Source of the DNA: an uncultured SAR86 cluster bacterium | GTDB taxonomy: Bacteria; Pseudomonadota; Gammaproteobacteria; Magnimaribacterales; D2472 | Assembly: GCA_902558395.1 (NCBI GenBank) | Contig: CACEDS010000002.1 | Location: forward strand, 197,229 to 261,228 | DNA length: 64,000 bases | Direction of reading: 5' to 3' | In this document: in pieces, positions 7,134 through 16,624 of the stretch | Layout of the letters: each line of letters begins with the position of its first letter | How positions within the stretch are numbered: the stretch's first letter is position 1 | Position numbers and translations under genes: made by a program | The notes under the pieces: model-generated | What the model was told of the DNA's origin: nothing | The model's input: the letters and a program-made list of their open reading frames with translations, nothing else | Database searches by the model: none

Positions 7134-8402
7134 ATGAATTTTTTCCAAAATATGATTTCTTCAATTATGGAGAATGGCCTTAGCTTGAGTAGATTTCGTG
7201 CTCAGGGCTTTGGCACTCTTCATAAAGATATAAATCAAGCAACCGAGTCAGTTATGCATACAAGTGGAGAGGTTTCTTCAATTGCATTTGCTGAACATTT
7301 GCTAGATTTGATAGAAGATCAGAGTGCTGAAGATTTAGTGGTTTATCTTAAATATCTACTAAGTGAATATGATGTTGATACAGAAGTTATTGTTAAAGTT
7401 GCTGAAGAATATTCAATAAATAAAAATCAAAAAAATCTTCAGGAGCTTAGTAATGCTGCTGAACCAAAATGGATAGAGTTATTTAGAAGATTAAATGCTA
7501 CTCCAAACGGAACTCATAGACTTATAGAGCTAAGAGAACAAATCAGACTACATTTAAAACAAGGAAATAGTCAACTCAAGCCCCTTGATGCAGGTTTGCT
7601 TAAACTATTTAAGTATTGGTTTAATCCATCATTTCTTGTATTAGAAAAAATAGATTGGTCAACGCCGGCAAACGTTCTTGAAAAAATAATAGAGTATGAA
7701 GCTGTTCATGAAATAAATTCATGGAAAGATTTAAGATCAAGACTGGCACCAAATGACAGACAGTGCTTTGCATTTTTCCATCCTCTAGTACCTGAAGATC
7801 CACTAATATTTGTTGAAGTTGCCCTTACCAAAGAAATACCAACATCAATTCAGAATATTATTACAATGGATAGAGAGGAAACAAGCTTAGACGAAATAAA
7901 TACGGCGGTTTTTTACTCCATATCTAACTGTCAAGATGGTCTATCAGGAATTTCATTTGGAAATTTTTTAATCAAAAAGGTTGCTCATAAGCTCAAACAA
8001 GAGATCCAGGGGCTTAATACATTTGTTACTCTATCTCCAGTACCTGGATTAATGAAATGGATGGAAAATAATGCTCCATTAGTTTATGAAAATTGTTTAA
8101 ATAATATCTCTGATGATGAAGGTCTTATTAAAAAAACGATTAGCTACTTAACAGAATCTAATAGAGAAGACCTAATGCCCAATGATCCAGTTGCAAGATT
8201 TCATCTAGGTAATGGAGCGATTCTTCATAAAATAAATCTAAATGCAGATATATCTTCTAAAGGCATGGAGCAATCTCATGGAGTAATGATTAATTATTTG
8301 TATGACTTAAGCGTTGTTGAAAAAAATCATGAGCAATTTTTTAAAGATAAAGAAGTTATCCTATCAAATGAAATTAAATCTCTGAAAAAAAAATATAGTT
8401 AG
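7134..8402 (+). CDS. malonyl-CoA decarboxylase
   Basis: Motifs FFHPLVPEDPLIFVEVALT, FYSISNCQDGLSGISFGNFLIK, TLSPVPG and ARFHLGNGA are typical of the MCD family. Start moved to the ATG at 7134, because the track start at 6996 overlaps the divergent psd. Confidence 0.8.
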   Translation: MNFFQNMISSIMENGLSLSRFRAQGFGTLHKDINQATESVMHTSGEVSSIAFAEHLLDLIEDQSAEDLVVYLKYLLSEYDVDTEVIVKVAEEYSINKNQKNLQELSNAAEPKWIELFRRLNATPNGTHRLIELREQIRLHLKQGNSQLKPLDAGLLKLFKYWFNPSFLVLEKIDWSTPANVLEKIIEYEAVHEINSWKDLRSRLAPNDRQCFAFFHPLVPEDPLIFVEVALTKEIPTSIQNIITMDREETSLDEINTAVFYSISNCQDGLSGISFGNFLIKKVAHKLKQEIQGLNTFVTLSPVPGLMKWMENNAPLVYENCLNNISDDEGLIKKTISYLTESNREDLMPNDPVARFHLGNGAILHKINLNADISSKGMEQSHGVMINYLYDLSVVEKNHEQFFKDKEVILSNEIKSLKKKYS

Positions 8403-8407
8403 TAAGT

Positions 8408-9358
8408 ATGTCTGAAATCTTCACACTCTTCCCACCAATTGAGCCATTTAATAGTGGTTTCATGGAAAGAGATGGTCATCAAATTTATTATGAACAATGT
8501 GGGAACCCAAATGGAAAGCCTGCTGTTTTTCTTCACGGAGGTCCTGGTGGTGGAGGCAGCACTGCTGTAAGAAGGTTCTTTGATCCTAAAAAATATCACA
8601 TTGTAATCTTTGACCAAAGAGGATGTGGAAGGAGTAAGCCTCATGGCTGTCTTGAAAAAAATACTACATGGGACCTTGTTGAAGATATAGAAGCTCTTAA
8701 GAATATGCTTAGAATTGAAAATTGGCTTGTTTTTGGAGGCTCTTGGGGTAGCACATTGTCTCTTGCATACTCTCAAACATACCCAGCATCGGTAAGCGAA
8801 ATGGTCCTAAGAGGAATCTTCATGCTCAGAAAAAAAGAGCTCGATTGGTTCTATCAAGAAGGAGCTAGCAATATTTTTCCAGAAGCTTGGGAAAAATTTT
8901 TAGAGCCAATTGATGAAAACCAGCGAGATGATTTAATGTCTGCATACCATAAGATTTTTAAAAGTGATAATGAAGAAAAAAAACTAGCTGCAGCAATAGC
9001 TTGGTCTAGGTGGGAAGGCTCAACCAGCAGTTTAAGTTATAACCCAGATATGGCTAATAGCTTTTGTAATCCTCAATTTGCATTAGCTTTTGCTCTTATT
9101 GAAAATCATTATTTTGTAAATAAAGGTTTTCTAAAGCATGAGAATCAACTAATTGAATATGGAATAGATATCATAAGGAATATTCCTACTACAATTGTTC
9201 AAGGCAGATACGATATTGTTTGTCCAATGACAACTGCTTGGGAGCTTGCTAAGAATTGGCCTGAAGCTAAATTAATTGTAGCGCCCTCTTCTGGACATAC
9301 TGCTTTTGAAAAAGAGATAACCCATGAACTTATAAAAGCAACAAATGGATATGCATAG
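8408..9358 (+). CDS. pip: prolyl aminopeptidase (proline iminopeptidase)
   Basis: HGGPGGG, FDQRGCGRS and the nucleophile elbow GGSWGSTL. 316 aa alpha/beta hydrolase. Confidence 0.85.
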   Translation: MSEIFTLFPPIEPFNSGFMERDGHQIYYEQCGNPNGKPAVFLHGGPGGGGSTAVRRFFDPKKYHIVIFDQRGCGRSKPHGCLEKNTTWDLVEDIEALKNMLRIENWLVFGGSWGSTLSLAYSQTYPASVSEMVLRGIFMLRKKELDWFYQEGASNIFPEAWEKFLEPIDENQRDDLMSAYHKIFKSDNEEKKLAAAIAWSRWEGSTSSLSYNPDMANSFCNPQFALAFALIENHYFVNKGFLKHENQLIEYGIDIIRNIPTTIVQGRYDIVCPMTTAWELAKNWPEAKLIVAPSSGHTAFEKEITHELIKATNGYA

Positions 9359-9848
9359 AATTAAAAATGTTAGCTTTATAGGGATGGCTGGTTGCGGAAA
9401 GTCAACAATTGGAAAGGCATTATCCAAAAATTTGGGAATTAATTTTACAGATACTGACCTATTAATCGAAGCAAGATTTAAAGCCTCTCTTGAACAAATA
9501 AAAAAAGATAACGGGTATAAGTTTGTTAGGCGTGCGGAAGAAGAAGTAATACTAAGTCTTGATAAAGATATAAAAATTATCTCTACTGGAGGTAGCGCAG
9601 TCTATTCTGAGAAATCGATGTTTCATTTAAGCTCTTTTTCTAAAATTGTTTATATTAATACGCCCCTTGAAGAAATAAAAAAAAGAATTGGTCAGGGTCA
9701 ACAAAGAGGATTAGCTGCTCCTGAGGGTTTAAGTATTGATGATATTTATCAAGAAAGAGAGCCTCTTTATAAGAAGTGGGCAGATATTACATTGGATGGT
9801 AAAAACTCGGTAGAAAATTTATTATCGAGTATTCTCAGTTTTATTTGA
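9345..9848 (+). CDS. aroK: shikimate kinase-like P-loop kinase
   Basis: Walker A GMAGCGKSTIGKAL, then TDTDLLIE and STGGSAV, matching the shikimate kinase layout. 167 aa. Confidence 0.65.
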   Translation: MDMHRIKNVSFIGMAGCGKSTIGKALSKNLGINFTDTDLLIEARFKASLEQIKKDNGYKFVRRAEEEVILSLDKDIKIISTGGSAVYSEKSMFHLSSFSKIVYINTPLEEIKKRIGQGQQRGLAAPEGLSIDDIYQEREPLYKKWADITLDGKNSVENLLSSILSFI

Positions 9849-10522
9849 TGAAAAAAATTAGAACATTGATTGTTGGAACCTCTGGTCTTGTTGGGGGTGA
9901 AGTTCTTAAGTATGTCTCAAAAGAAAATCAGGAAATTTTTTTATTATCAAGAAGAGCTCGAGGTATTGTCCAAGAAAACTGTAGTGAAATTATTTCAGAT
10001 TTTGATGACATAGATAATATAGACTTTCCAGAAGTGGATCATGTTTACATATCGATTGGAAAGAAATTGGGTTCAAGTGAGCTTATGTATATTCAAAAAT
10101 CTGATAGAAATGATTTTATCAAGATAGATTTTGAATATGTTTTAAATATAGCAAGAAAGTCTTTTGACAATGGTGCAAGATCAATAGCGATAGTGTCTGC
10201 AATAGGAGCAGACAAAACTTCAAAGAACTTATATCTCAAAACAAAGGGCAATATGGAAGATCTTGTTAACGAAATAGGCTATACAAAAACTATCTTTGCA
10301 CAACCTAGTCATTTGCTAGGTCAAAGAGTTAATGAAAAATTTAAACTTGATGTTTCATTAATAGAGCTAGGGGGTAAAATTTTTGATCCATTGATGCTTG
10401 GTCCATTATCAGATTTTAGATTTATAGATGCAAAATATGTTGCCAAAGCAATGGTGCAAAAAATGAATGATAATTCAGAGGGTTTATCTTTTTTAAAATA
10501 TAGAGATTTCGTTAATGCCTAA
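9845..10522 (+). CDS. NAD(P)H-binding (atypical SDR / HTATIP2-like) oxidoreductase
   Basis: N-terminal Rossmann motif LIVGTSGLVGGEVL. 225 aa. Confidence 0.6.
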   Translation: MMKKIRTLIVGTSGLVGGEVLKYVSKENQEIFLLSRRARGIVQENCSEIISDFDDIDNIDFPEVDHVYISIGKKLGSSELMYIQKSDRNDFIKIDFEYVLNIARKSFDNGARSIAIVSAIGADKTSKNLYLKTKGNMEDLVNEIGYTKTIFAQPSHLLGQRVNEKFKLDVSLIELGGKIFDPLMLGPLSDFRFIDAKYVAKAMVQKMNDNSEGLSFLKYRDFVNA

Positions 10523-10782
10523 AGGATTTCTCTATTTGTCCTAAGCATTTTACGAATAGCATGTGCAGAATTTAATAACCAAAAAGCTGAAGCAAAGAAA
10601 AAGTAATATAAACCAGCATACAGTTGAACTATCATTGCAAGAACACTTCCCATTGCAACTGCAATAAGCCCTAACAATCTCTTATTATACTTTTTTGAGA
10701 CAATAAGAGGTGCGGCTATCAATGTGCCAAAAACTACGCTAATAATTTGAATAATTTCAAGGATAGTCATACTGATAGACAA
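10519..10782 (-). CDS. small 3-TM membrane protein (87 aa)
   Basis: Three hydrophobic helices. No motif recognised. Confidence 0.5.
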   Translation of the reverse strand: MSISMTILEIIQIISVVFGTLIAAPLIVSKKYNKRLLGLIAVAMGSVLAMIVQLYAGLYYFFFASAFWLLNSAHAIRKMLRTNREIL

Positions 10783-10908
10783 AAAGAATTATGCCTATGA
10801 GTATAAATATCGGAGCATTATGAATATTTTTTTTTAAAAGTAAATATTTTTTTGAACTTTTTTGTAAATAATTTACTCTATTAGTATAAATATAATTTTT
10901 GGAGAAAT

Positions 10909-11286
10909 ATGAAGAAAATAACTGCTTTAATAATTGCTTTTTCAATGTTCGGATCTTTATATGCTGATGATCATAAAAAAGAAAAAAAAGAACATCCAAA
11001 TAAGCTTATGAGTGCAAAAGAATGTATGGAGACTAAATCTGGGATTGGATGGTTTCTAGGTGCCGCAGATGATGTCTTTGAAGATATTAAAAAGCATGGA
11101 GATTCAAAAGATAAATCATGGAACGATGAAAAATGGGCCGATGCTATTGCTCTGTCTGCCTTAGCTTCAAATTATTCGACTGTTTATGATGTTTGGTGTA
11201 AAGATATGATTAATCATAGAATGAAGATGAGAATGCATGGCTCTCATAAAGATCATATGAAGGAAAAGAAACAGAAAAAGGATTAG
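10909..11286 (+). CDS. secreted hypothetical protein with His/Lys-rich termini
   Basis: Signal peptide MKKITALIIAFSMFGSLYA. The mature N-terminus (DDHKKEKKEH) and the C-terminus (HRMKMRMHGSHKDHMKEKKQKKD) are both rich in His and Lys. Confidence 0.6.
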   Translation: MKKITALIIAFSMFGSLYADDHKKEKKEHPNKLMSAKECMETKSGIGWFLGAADDVFEDIKKHGDSKDKSWNDEKWADAIALSALASNYSTVYDVWCKDMINHRMKMRMHGSHKDHMKEKKQKKD

Positions 11287-11289
11287 GTC

Positions 11290-11514
11290 CTAAAATTTTC
11301 CTCTTTGAAATCTCATTCTTATTGAAAAAACTCTTACAAGGGCAACTAAAGTGAGAATAGATTGGGTGAACAATGAGATTGTGAGCGGGTTTGACCACTG
11401 CCAACTATCAATTGTTAACCACAATAAAAATGTTTGAAGTGGAAAATTAATTACCGCCCCCATTAATACAACGATCACAGCCTCTCTAAAAGCTACCTTT
11501 TCTGTCTTATTCAT
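11290..11514 (-). CDS. small 2-TM membrane protein (74 aa)
   Basis: Two hydrophobic helices. Preferred over the overlapping 64-aa ORF at 11210-11404. Confidence 0.45.
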   Translation of the reverse strand: MNKTEKVAFREAVIVVLMGAVINFPLQTFLLWLTIDSWQWSNPLTISLFTQSILTLVALVRVFSIRMRFQRGKF

Positions 11515-11522
11515 TTTTACCC

Positions 11523-11879
11523 TTATTTTTTAATTTTTACACCAGTGCCATATGCCAAAATTTCTGATGCACCCTGAGTTATAGTTGAGGTTTGAAACCT
11601 AAAGCAAATTATAGCATTTGCTCCTTTTGCAGAAGCATCATCTAACATTCTTTGATACGCCTGATCCCTTGAAGATTGGAGTAATTTAGAATAACCAACT
11701 AATTCTCCACCAACTAGATTTTTTAAATTAGCAAAAATATCAGACCCTACATTTCTAGAACGCACAGTACTTCCTTGAACAATACCTATATATTCAGTTA
11801 TTTCAGCACCCTCTATATTGTTTGTTGAAACAACCATAAAATTTGCTTTTTTATGCTCTTCCCTAAAATTTTCTGTCAT
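11523..11879 (-). CDS. ybjQ: YbjQ/UPF0145 family protein
   Basis: GSTVRSRNVGSDIFANLKNLVGGE and GANAIICFRF are characteristic of the family. Confidence 0.8.
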   Translation of the reverse strand: MTENFREEHKKANFMVVSTNNIEGAEITEYIGIVQGSTVRSRNVGSDIFANLKNLVGGELVGYSKLLQSSRDQAYQRMLDDASAKGANAIICFRFQTSTITQGASEILAYGTGVKIKK

Positions 11880-11915
11880 GACTTTTTTCCTTAAATAGTT
11901 TAATTTATAAATATA

Positions 11916-12248
11916 ATGCAGAAATTAGTTGAAGCAAAATTTTCTATTGGAAATATAGTTAAACATAAGTATTTAAACTTTAGGGGTGTTATCTTTGATT
12001 TAGATCCAGAATTTAATAATACCGAAGAATGGTATCAGGCAATACCAGAACAAATCAGACCAATAAAAGAACAACCTTTCTATCATTTATTTGCTGAAAA
12101 TAAAGAAATCTTTTATATAGCATATGTTTCAGAGCAAAACTTATTATTGGATAAGTCTAAGAAGCCTTGCAATCATCCTGGTATCAAAGAGATATTTGAG
12201 AAATTTGATGGTGTGAATTATCGCCCCCATACTAAAGCAAAAAATTAA
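11916..12248 (+). CDS. hspQ: heat-shock protein HspQ (hemimethylated-DNA-binding YccV family)
   Basis: KFSIGNIVKHKYLNFRGVIFDLDPEF and PFYHLFAEN match the HspQ pattern. Confidence 0.75.
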   Translation: MQKLVEAKFSIGNIVKHKYLNFRGVIFDLDPEFNNTEEWYQAIPEQIRPIKEQPFYHLFAENKEIFYIAYVSEQNLLLDKSKKPCNHPGIKEIFEKFDGVNYRPHTKAKN

Positions 12249-12249
12249 A

Positions 12250-13452
12250 TTAATCTTGGCTGTGTGCTATTTGAGCAGCAGTTACAAAAACGTCCATTGC
12301 AATTTCCAACTCTTTCTCACTGATAAAAGTTGGAGCTATCCTTAGAATATTATTTCCAGGATCTTTACCATAGGGATGTGTGGCTCCTGCAGGAGTCAAA
12401 AGCACCCCCGCCTCTTTACACAACTCAACAATTTTTGAAGCAATGGGTTTTTGTGATTTGAAAGTTATAAAATAGCCACCAGTTGGTTGAGAATACTCAC
12501 CCACATCTTTATCAAGTTTTTCTAGTGCTTTATAGGCTATCTCAAATTTAGGCCTTATTAAATCAGCATGCTTTTTCATATGATCTTTAACAGCTCTTAA
12601 GTCTTTAAAAAATTTTGTATGTCTTTTTTGATTAACTTTATCAGGACAGATAACCATCGAGCCTCTTATTTGCTTAATTAAATCTAAGTTATCACTTGCC
12701 GCTGCCATAAATGATAGACCACCACCGCCAAAAGTAACTTTAGAAAAAGATGTTACAACTACAGTTTGATTGGTTGTACTATTTTGTTCTGCTAACTTCC
12801 AAACAGCTGTTTGATCTTTTGTGGGAAGGAAATCATGAACTAAGTAAGCATGATCAAAGAGAAAAAGAAAATCTTCAGAATATTGTCTGCCAATTTTAAA
12901 AAGCTCACTTATATTATCATCGCTATAAACCTCACCAGATGGGTTTGAATGTCGAGGCACACAAATTATTCCAAGCACATTTGAGTTGCTTTGAAGCACA
13001 TCTGAGAACAAATCAAGATCAACGCCATCCTCTACCAAGGGCACTGTTATCATTTCTATTCCAAAATCTTCCAACATTCTAAAATGTCTATCAAATCCAG
13101 GGACAGGACAGATAAATTTTGGAGCCTCAACGTCCTTCCATGACACCGGTTTAGCAAATAGATATTTTGAAAGAATCATCTGATAAGTAAGCATTAAACT
13201 AGATTGCTCACCTGTAATAACATTATCAAAAGGAGCTGACAGAAGGTCTGAGCCAAGAATTCTAGCATCTTGGATACCGTAAGGCTCTCCATAATTTCTT
13301 AGGTCTACATCGCCATCAAAAGGCTCAATATTCATGCTTAACAACTCATTAGCCAAATCCAGCTGATATGCATCAGGTTTTCCTCTGGTGATATCAATTG
13401 AAAGACCTTGGGCCTTGATTTGTTCAAAATAAGTTAAAATGTTCTCTGACAT
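12250..13452 (-). CDS. PLP-dependent aminotransferase (class I/II fold, putative aspartate aminotransferase family)
   Basis: SFSKVTFGGGG contains the PLP-binding Lys. N-terminal DITRGKPDAYQLDL is typical of this roughly 400-aa family. Confidence 0.7.
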   Translation of the reverse strand: MSENILTYFEQIKAQGLSIDITRGKPDAYQLDLANELLSMNIEPFDGDVDLRNYGEPYGIQDARILGSDLLSAPFDNVITGEQSSLMLTYQMILSKYLFAKPVSWKDVEAPKFICPVPGFDRHFRMLEDFGIEMITVPLVEDGVDLDLFSDVLQSNSNVLGIICVPRHSNPSGEVYSDDNISELFKIGRQYSEDFLFLFDHAYLVHDFLPTKDQTAVWKLAEQNSTTNQTVVVTSFSKVTFGGGGLSFMAAASDNLDLIKQIRGSMVICPDKVNQKRHTKFFKDLRAVKDHMKKHADLIRPKFEIAYKALEKLDKDVGEYSQPTGGYFITFKSQKPIASKIVELCKEAGVLLTPAGATHPYGKDPGNNILRIAPTFISEKELEIAMDVFVTAAQIAHSQD

Positions 13453-13525
13453 AGGGCTTATTTTATAGGATTAAATCGTTAGTGGTATATATTATAAGAA
13501 GATTTAAAACTTTCTTGGACTAAAA

Positions 13526-14422
13526 ATGAATTTGTGGATTATTACAATCATATTAATAATAATAATTTCATTATTAGTCACCATTATTTACTTACAGATT
13601 CAAAATAGCTTAAATAAAGACAAGGGTCAGGAGTCAATTAAAGAACTAGATAGGGCATTAGTAAAACAAGAAGATACCTTACTAGATTTAACAAAAGACA
13701 TACAGTCATTCCATGATCCTTTAAATAAATTAAGAAGGTATTTATCTGGAGGAACACTTGCAGGAAAATTTGGTGAATGGTCACTTGAATCAATAATGCA
13801 AGATATCTTTAATCCAAATCAATATATAAAGAATGCAGAAGTAATCAAAGGTTCTGGGAAGAGAGTTGAATTTGTTTTAAAAATGCCTGAGGGGCTTTTG
13901 CTCCCAATTGATGCGAAATTTCCATCAGGACTTTACGATACTTACCTTGATTCAATTGATCAAACAGATGAAAGACTAATTAAAAAATCTATAGATGATA
14001 TTAAAAGGCATGTGGTAAAGGATGCATCTGATATTCAAGAAAAATATGTTCAATCAGGTGTAACTGTGGACCTTGGAATCATGTATATACCAAGTGAGTC
14101 TTTGATGCAGTTAATTGATTCTATTGAAAATCTTAGAGAGTCTGTTTTTAGAGATTCAAGAGTTCTAATAATGGGGCCAAACTCTCTAGCGGCATATTTA
14201 ATTAGTGTTCATATGGGTTTTAGGACTCTTGCTCTCAATAACAGGGCTGGAGAAATCATGGAAGAATTTGGCAAGTTAAAAAAAGAATTTGAAAAATTTG
14301 GAAGTTCAACTGAAGAATTATTGAAAAAAGCAGATGCGATGCTCAAAGCAGTAAATGAACATGCTACGCGAGAAAGACAAATGAATAAAGCTATAAAAAA
14401 TATGGATCAGTTAGACAACTAA
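13526..14422 (+). CDS. rmuC: DNA recombination protein RmuC (short form with N-terminal TM helix)
   Basis: RVEFVLKMPEGLLLPIDAKFP and the downstream GIMYIPSESL fit the RmuC core domain. N-terminal TM helix; only 298 aa. Confidence 0.7.
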   Translation: MNLWIITIILIIIISLLVTIIYLQIQNSLNKDKGQESIKELDRALVKQEDTLLDLTKDIQSFHDPLNKLRRYLSGGTLAGKFGEWSLESIMQDIFNPNQYIKNAEVIKGSGKRVEFVLKMPEGLLLPIDAKFPSGLYDTYLDSIDQTDERLIKKSIDDIKRHVVKDASDIQEKYVQSGVTVDLGIMYIPSESLMQLIDSIENLRESVFRDSRVLIMGPNSLAAYLISVHMGFRTLALNNRAGEIMEEFGKLKKEFEKFGSSTEELLKKADAMLKAVNEHATRERQMNKAIKNMDQLDN

Positions 14423-15258
14423 AAATAAAATCGTCTCCACATATTTAAGCCAAAAAACAAAGCACAAATCCATAAAATAACTTCAGGAATGTTTGGATTG
14501 CTGTTATATCCAAAAAATCCTTTCAAGAAAACACCAATAGACCCTTTGTCATGAAACGGATGATAAATCTTCTGGCCTGTCTCACCTGTCTGGGGTTGCA
14601 AAATATCCCAAGGTCTATAGATTTCTGTTTTTTCAATCTGTTCTGATTTTACTAAATACTCTTCAACCTCGTGAGTTCCATAGGCAACCATACCAGCTGA
14701 TAAAAAAACTAATAATAAAGTTGTATATTTAAAAACATATCTTAAATTTATTTTCCTGCCTTGGAGAACGATTAGGTACCCTATTAAAATTGCAAGGACT
14801 GCTCCAGTTATAAATCCTAAATATGAAAATGATCCAGTAATAGAAAAACTTGAAATTAAAAATACTGCCGTTTCAAAACCCTCTCTCAGAATTGCAAAGA
14901 AAACCACTAAAAATACGCCCCATGAGGAAAGCTGAATTGCATTTAAAGTTTTACCCTCAAGTTCTTTTCTATCACTTACATGTTTTGATAACCAAAATAT
15001 TACATACCAAATCAAGATAGCTGTTAGATAAAGAAAAATGCCCTCAAACAAGGCAGCTGTAGAATCATTTCCAAGAGATTCCTTGGCCTCTAAAACAAAA
15101 TAGCCAACCAAAATACTTGCAATAATTGCTGCTAAAACACCTAACCACAGTTTATATAGATAACTTAATTGATTTGATTTCTCTAAAATCAAATAAATAA
15201 TTCCAACGACAAGAGATGCCTCTAAAACTTCTCTAAATACAATAATAAATTCGCTCAT
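14419..15258 (-). CDS. FTR1-family high-affinity iron permease
   Basis: Two REXXE motifs (REVLE and REGFE) inside TM helices; 7 predicted TM segments. Confidence 0.8.
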   Translation of the reverse strand: MSEFIIVFREVLEASLVVGIIYLILEKSNQLSYLYKLWLGVLAAIIASILVGYFVLEAKESLGNDSTAALFEGIFLYLTAILIWYVIFWLSKHVSDRKELEGKTLNAIQLSSWGVFLVVFFAILREGFETAVFLISSFSITGSFSYLGFITGAVLAILIGYLIVLQGRKINLRYVFKYTTLLLVFLSAGMVAYGTHEVEEYLVKSEQIEKTEIYRPWDILQPQTGETGQKIYHPFHDKGSIGVFLKGFFGYNSNPNIPEVILWICALFFGLNMWRRFYF

Positions 15259-15283
15259 GCCATGTCCTTATGGGTTTTCTAAA

Positions 15284-15298
15284 TGAGAATGATTCTTA
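15284..15298. promoter_or_regulatory. Fur-box-like 7-1-7 palindrome upstream of the FTR1 permease
   Basis: TGAGAATGATTCTTA matches the TGATAATnATTATCA consensus at 11 of 14 positions, with a perfect AGAAT-G-ATTCT core. It sits 26-40 nt upstream of the ATG at 15258. Confidence 0.4.
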
Positions 15299-15388
15299 TT
15301 TAGATTGTAACTAAATTTTTATTAAATAAAAAGCGTGTTTTTAAAATTATTGTGTCGCTTTTATTGAGTTTTGTTGAGACAATGCATT

Positions 15389-16624
15389 ATGAAAAAAATT
15401 GCTGTAATTGGCGCTGGAATCGCTGGCACTACTACGGCCTACGCTCTTTTAAAAAAAGGTCATAGCGTAACTATTATTGATTCTCGAAGATACCCTGCAA
15501 TGGCGACAAGCTATGCTAATGGCGGGCAATTAAGTGCCAGTAATGCAGAGACATGGAATACAACTAAAAATGTAGTGAGTGGAATTAAATGGATGTTTAC
15601 TCCTGATGCCCCGCTATTATTTAATCCATCGCCTGAAATTCAAAAATATAAATGGATGTTGGGATTTCTTTGGGCAACTTTAAAGGGTGAGCATAAAAAA
15701 AATACTCTTGAAACAATCGATATTGCAAAAAAAGCAAGAGAAATATATTTCAAAATAGCTGATGAGGAAGGCATAGAGTTTGAGTTACTAAAAAAAGGTA
15801 TTTTAAGATTCTATGATAATGAAAAAGAATTTAAATTAGATCAAGATAAAGTCTCTTGGCTCGATCAAGAGGGAATGGAGTGGGATATATTAACCACTGA
15901 TGAAGTTAAAGAAATAGAACCAGCTTTTGAAAATAATAAAAATTATGAAAAAATTCTTGGCGGGATATATACCAAATCTGATGCAAGCGGTGATATTCAT
16001 AAGTTTTGTACTCATCTAGAAAGAGTTCTTGTAGAAAAGTACTCAGCAAATCTACAACTTAAAACAACTGTTGAATATATAACCAGGCAAAAAGACAAGC
16101 TGGTACTAACAATGAGACACGAAAATGAAATAATCAATGATAGTTTTGATAATGTCGTCATTTGTGCTGGGGTAAATACACAAAACTTTGCAAATAGGCT
16201 TGGTGATAAAATGAATATATATCCAGTTAAAGGTTATAGCGTCACAATTGATCTTAAAGACGAAATATCTAAGCAATGTGCACCAACAGTATCATTAATT
16301 GATCAGCCAGTAAAAATTGTTGCGAGCAGGCTGGGTGATAGATTTAGGGTTGCTGGCACAGCAGAACTTGCTGGGGTAAATACTGATATCAAGCAAGACA
16401 GAATAAAGCCTTTACTAAAATGGGTTGAAAAATATTTTCCAAATGTCAGCACTGAAACTTACACACCATGGGCAGGATTAAGACCCATGACTCCAAACAT
16501 GATGCCAATTACAAGAGAAAGTAAAATGAAAGGAGTTTATTACCATGCAGGCCATGGCCATCTTGGCTGGACGTTAAGTGCACAAACGGCACAAATTGTT
16601 GCAGATAAAATAGATTCTAATTAA
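15389..16624 (+). CDS. dadA: D-amino-acid dehydrogenase (FAD-dependent oxidoreductase)
   Basis: MKKIAVIGAGIAGTTTAY FAD-binding motif, plus VKGYS and HGHLGWT. Start moved to the ATG at 15389; the track start is a TTG. Confidence 0.8.
   Translation: MKKIAVIGAGIAGTTTAYALLKKGHSVTIIDSRRYPAMATSYANGGQLSASNAETWNTTKNVVSGIKWMFTPDAPLLFNPSPEIQKYKWMLGFLWATLKGEHKKNTLETIDIAKKAREIYFKIADEEGIEFELLKKGILRFYDNEKEFKLDQDKVSWLDQEGMEWDILTTDEVKEIEPAFENNKNYEKILGGIYTKSDASGDIHKFCTHLERVLVEKYSANLQLKTTVEYITRQKDKLVLTMRHENEIINDSFDNVVICAGVNTQNFANRLGDKMNIYPVKGYSVTIDLKDEISKQCAPTVSLIDQPVKIVASRLGDRFRVAGTAELAGVNTDIKQDRIKPLLKWVEKYFPNVSTETYTPWAGLRPMTPNMMPITRESKMKGVYYHAGHGHLGWTLSAQTAQIVADKIDSN

Noticed and set aside
8399-8776. Long antisense shadow ORFs: 8399-8776, 18879-19166, 29310-29642, 32319-32624, 37230-37508, 42550-42909, 44327-44662, 57338-57670 and the many 60-90-aa ones
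   Set aside because: Each lies entirely inside a confidently identified gene on the opposite strand and shows no motif of its own.
11210-11404. 64-aa minus-strand ORF overlapping the 74-aa membrane ORF
   Set aside because: It overlaps both the secreted-protein gene end and the 74-aa ORF in another frame. The 2-TM 74-aa reading is more protein-like.
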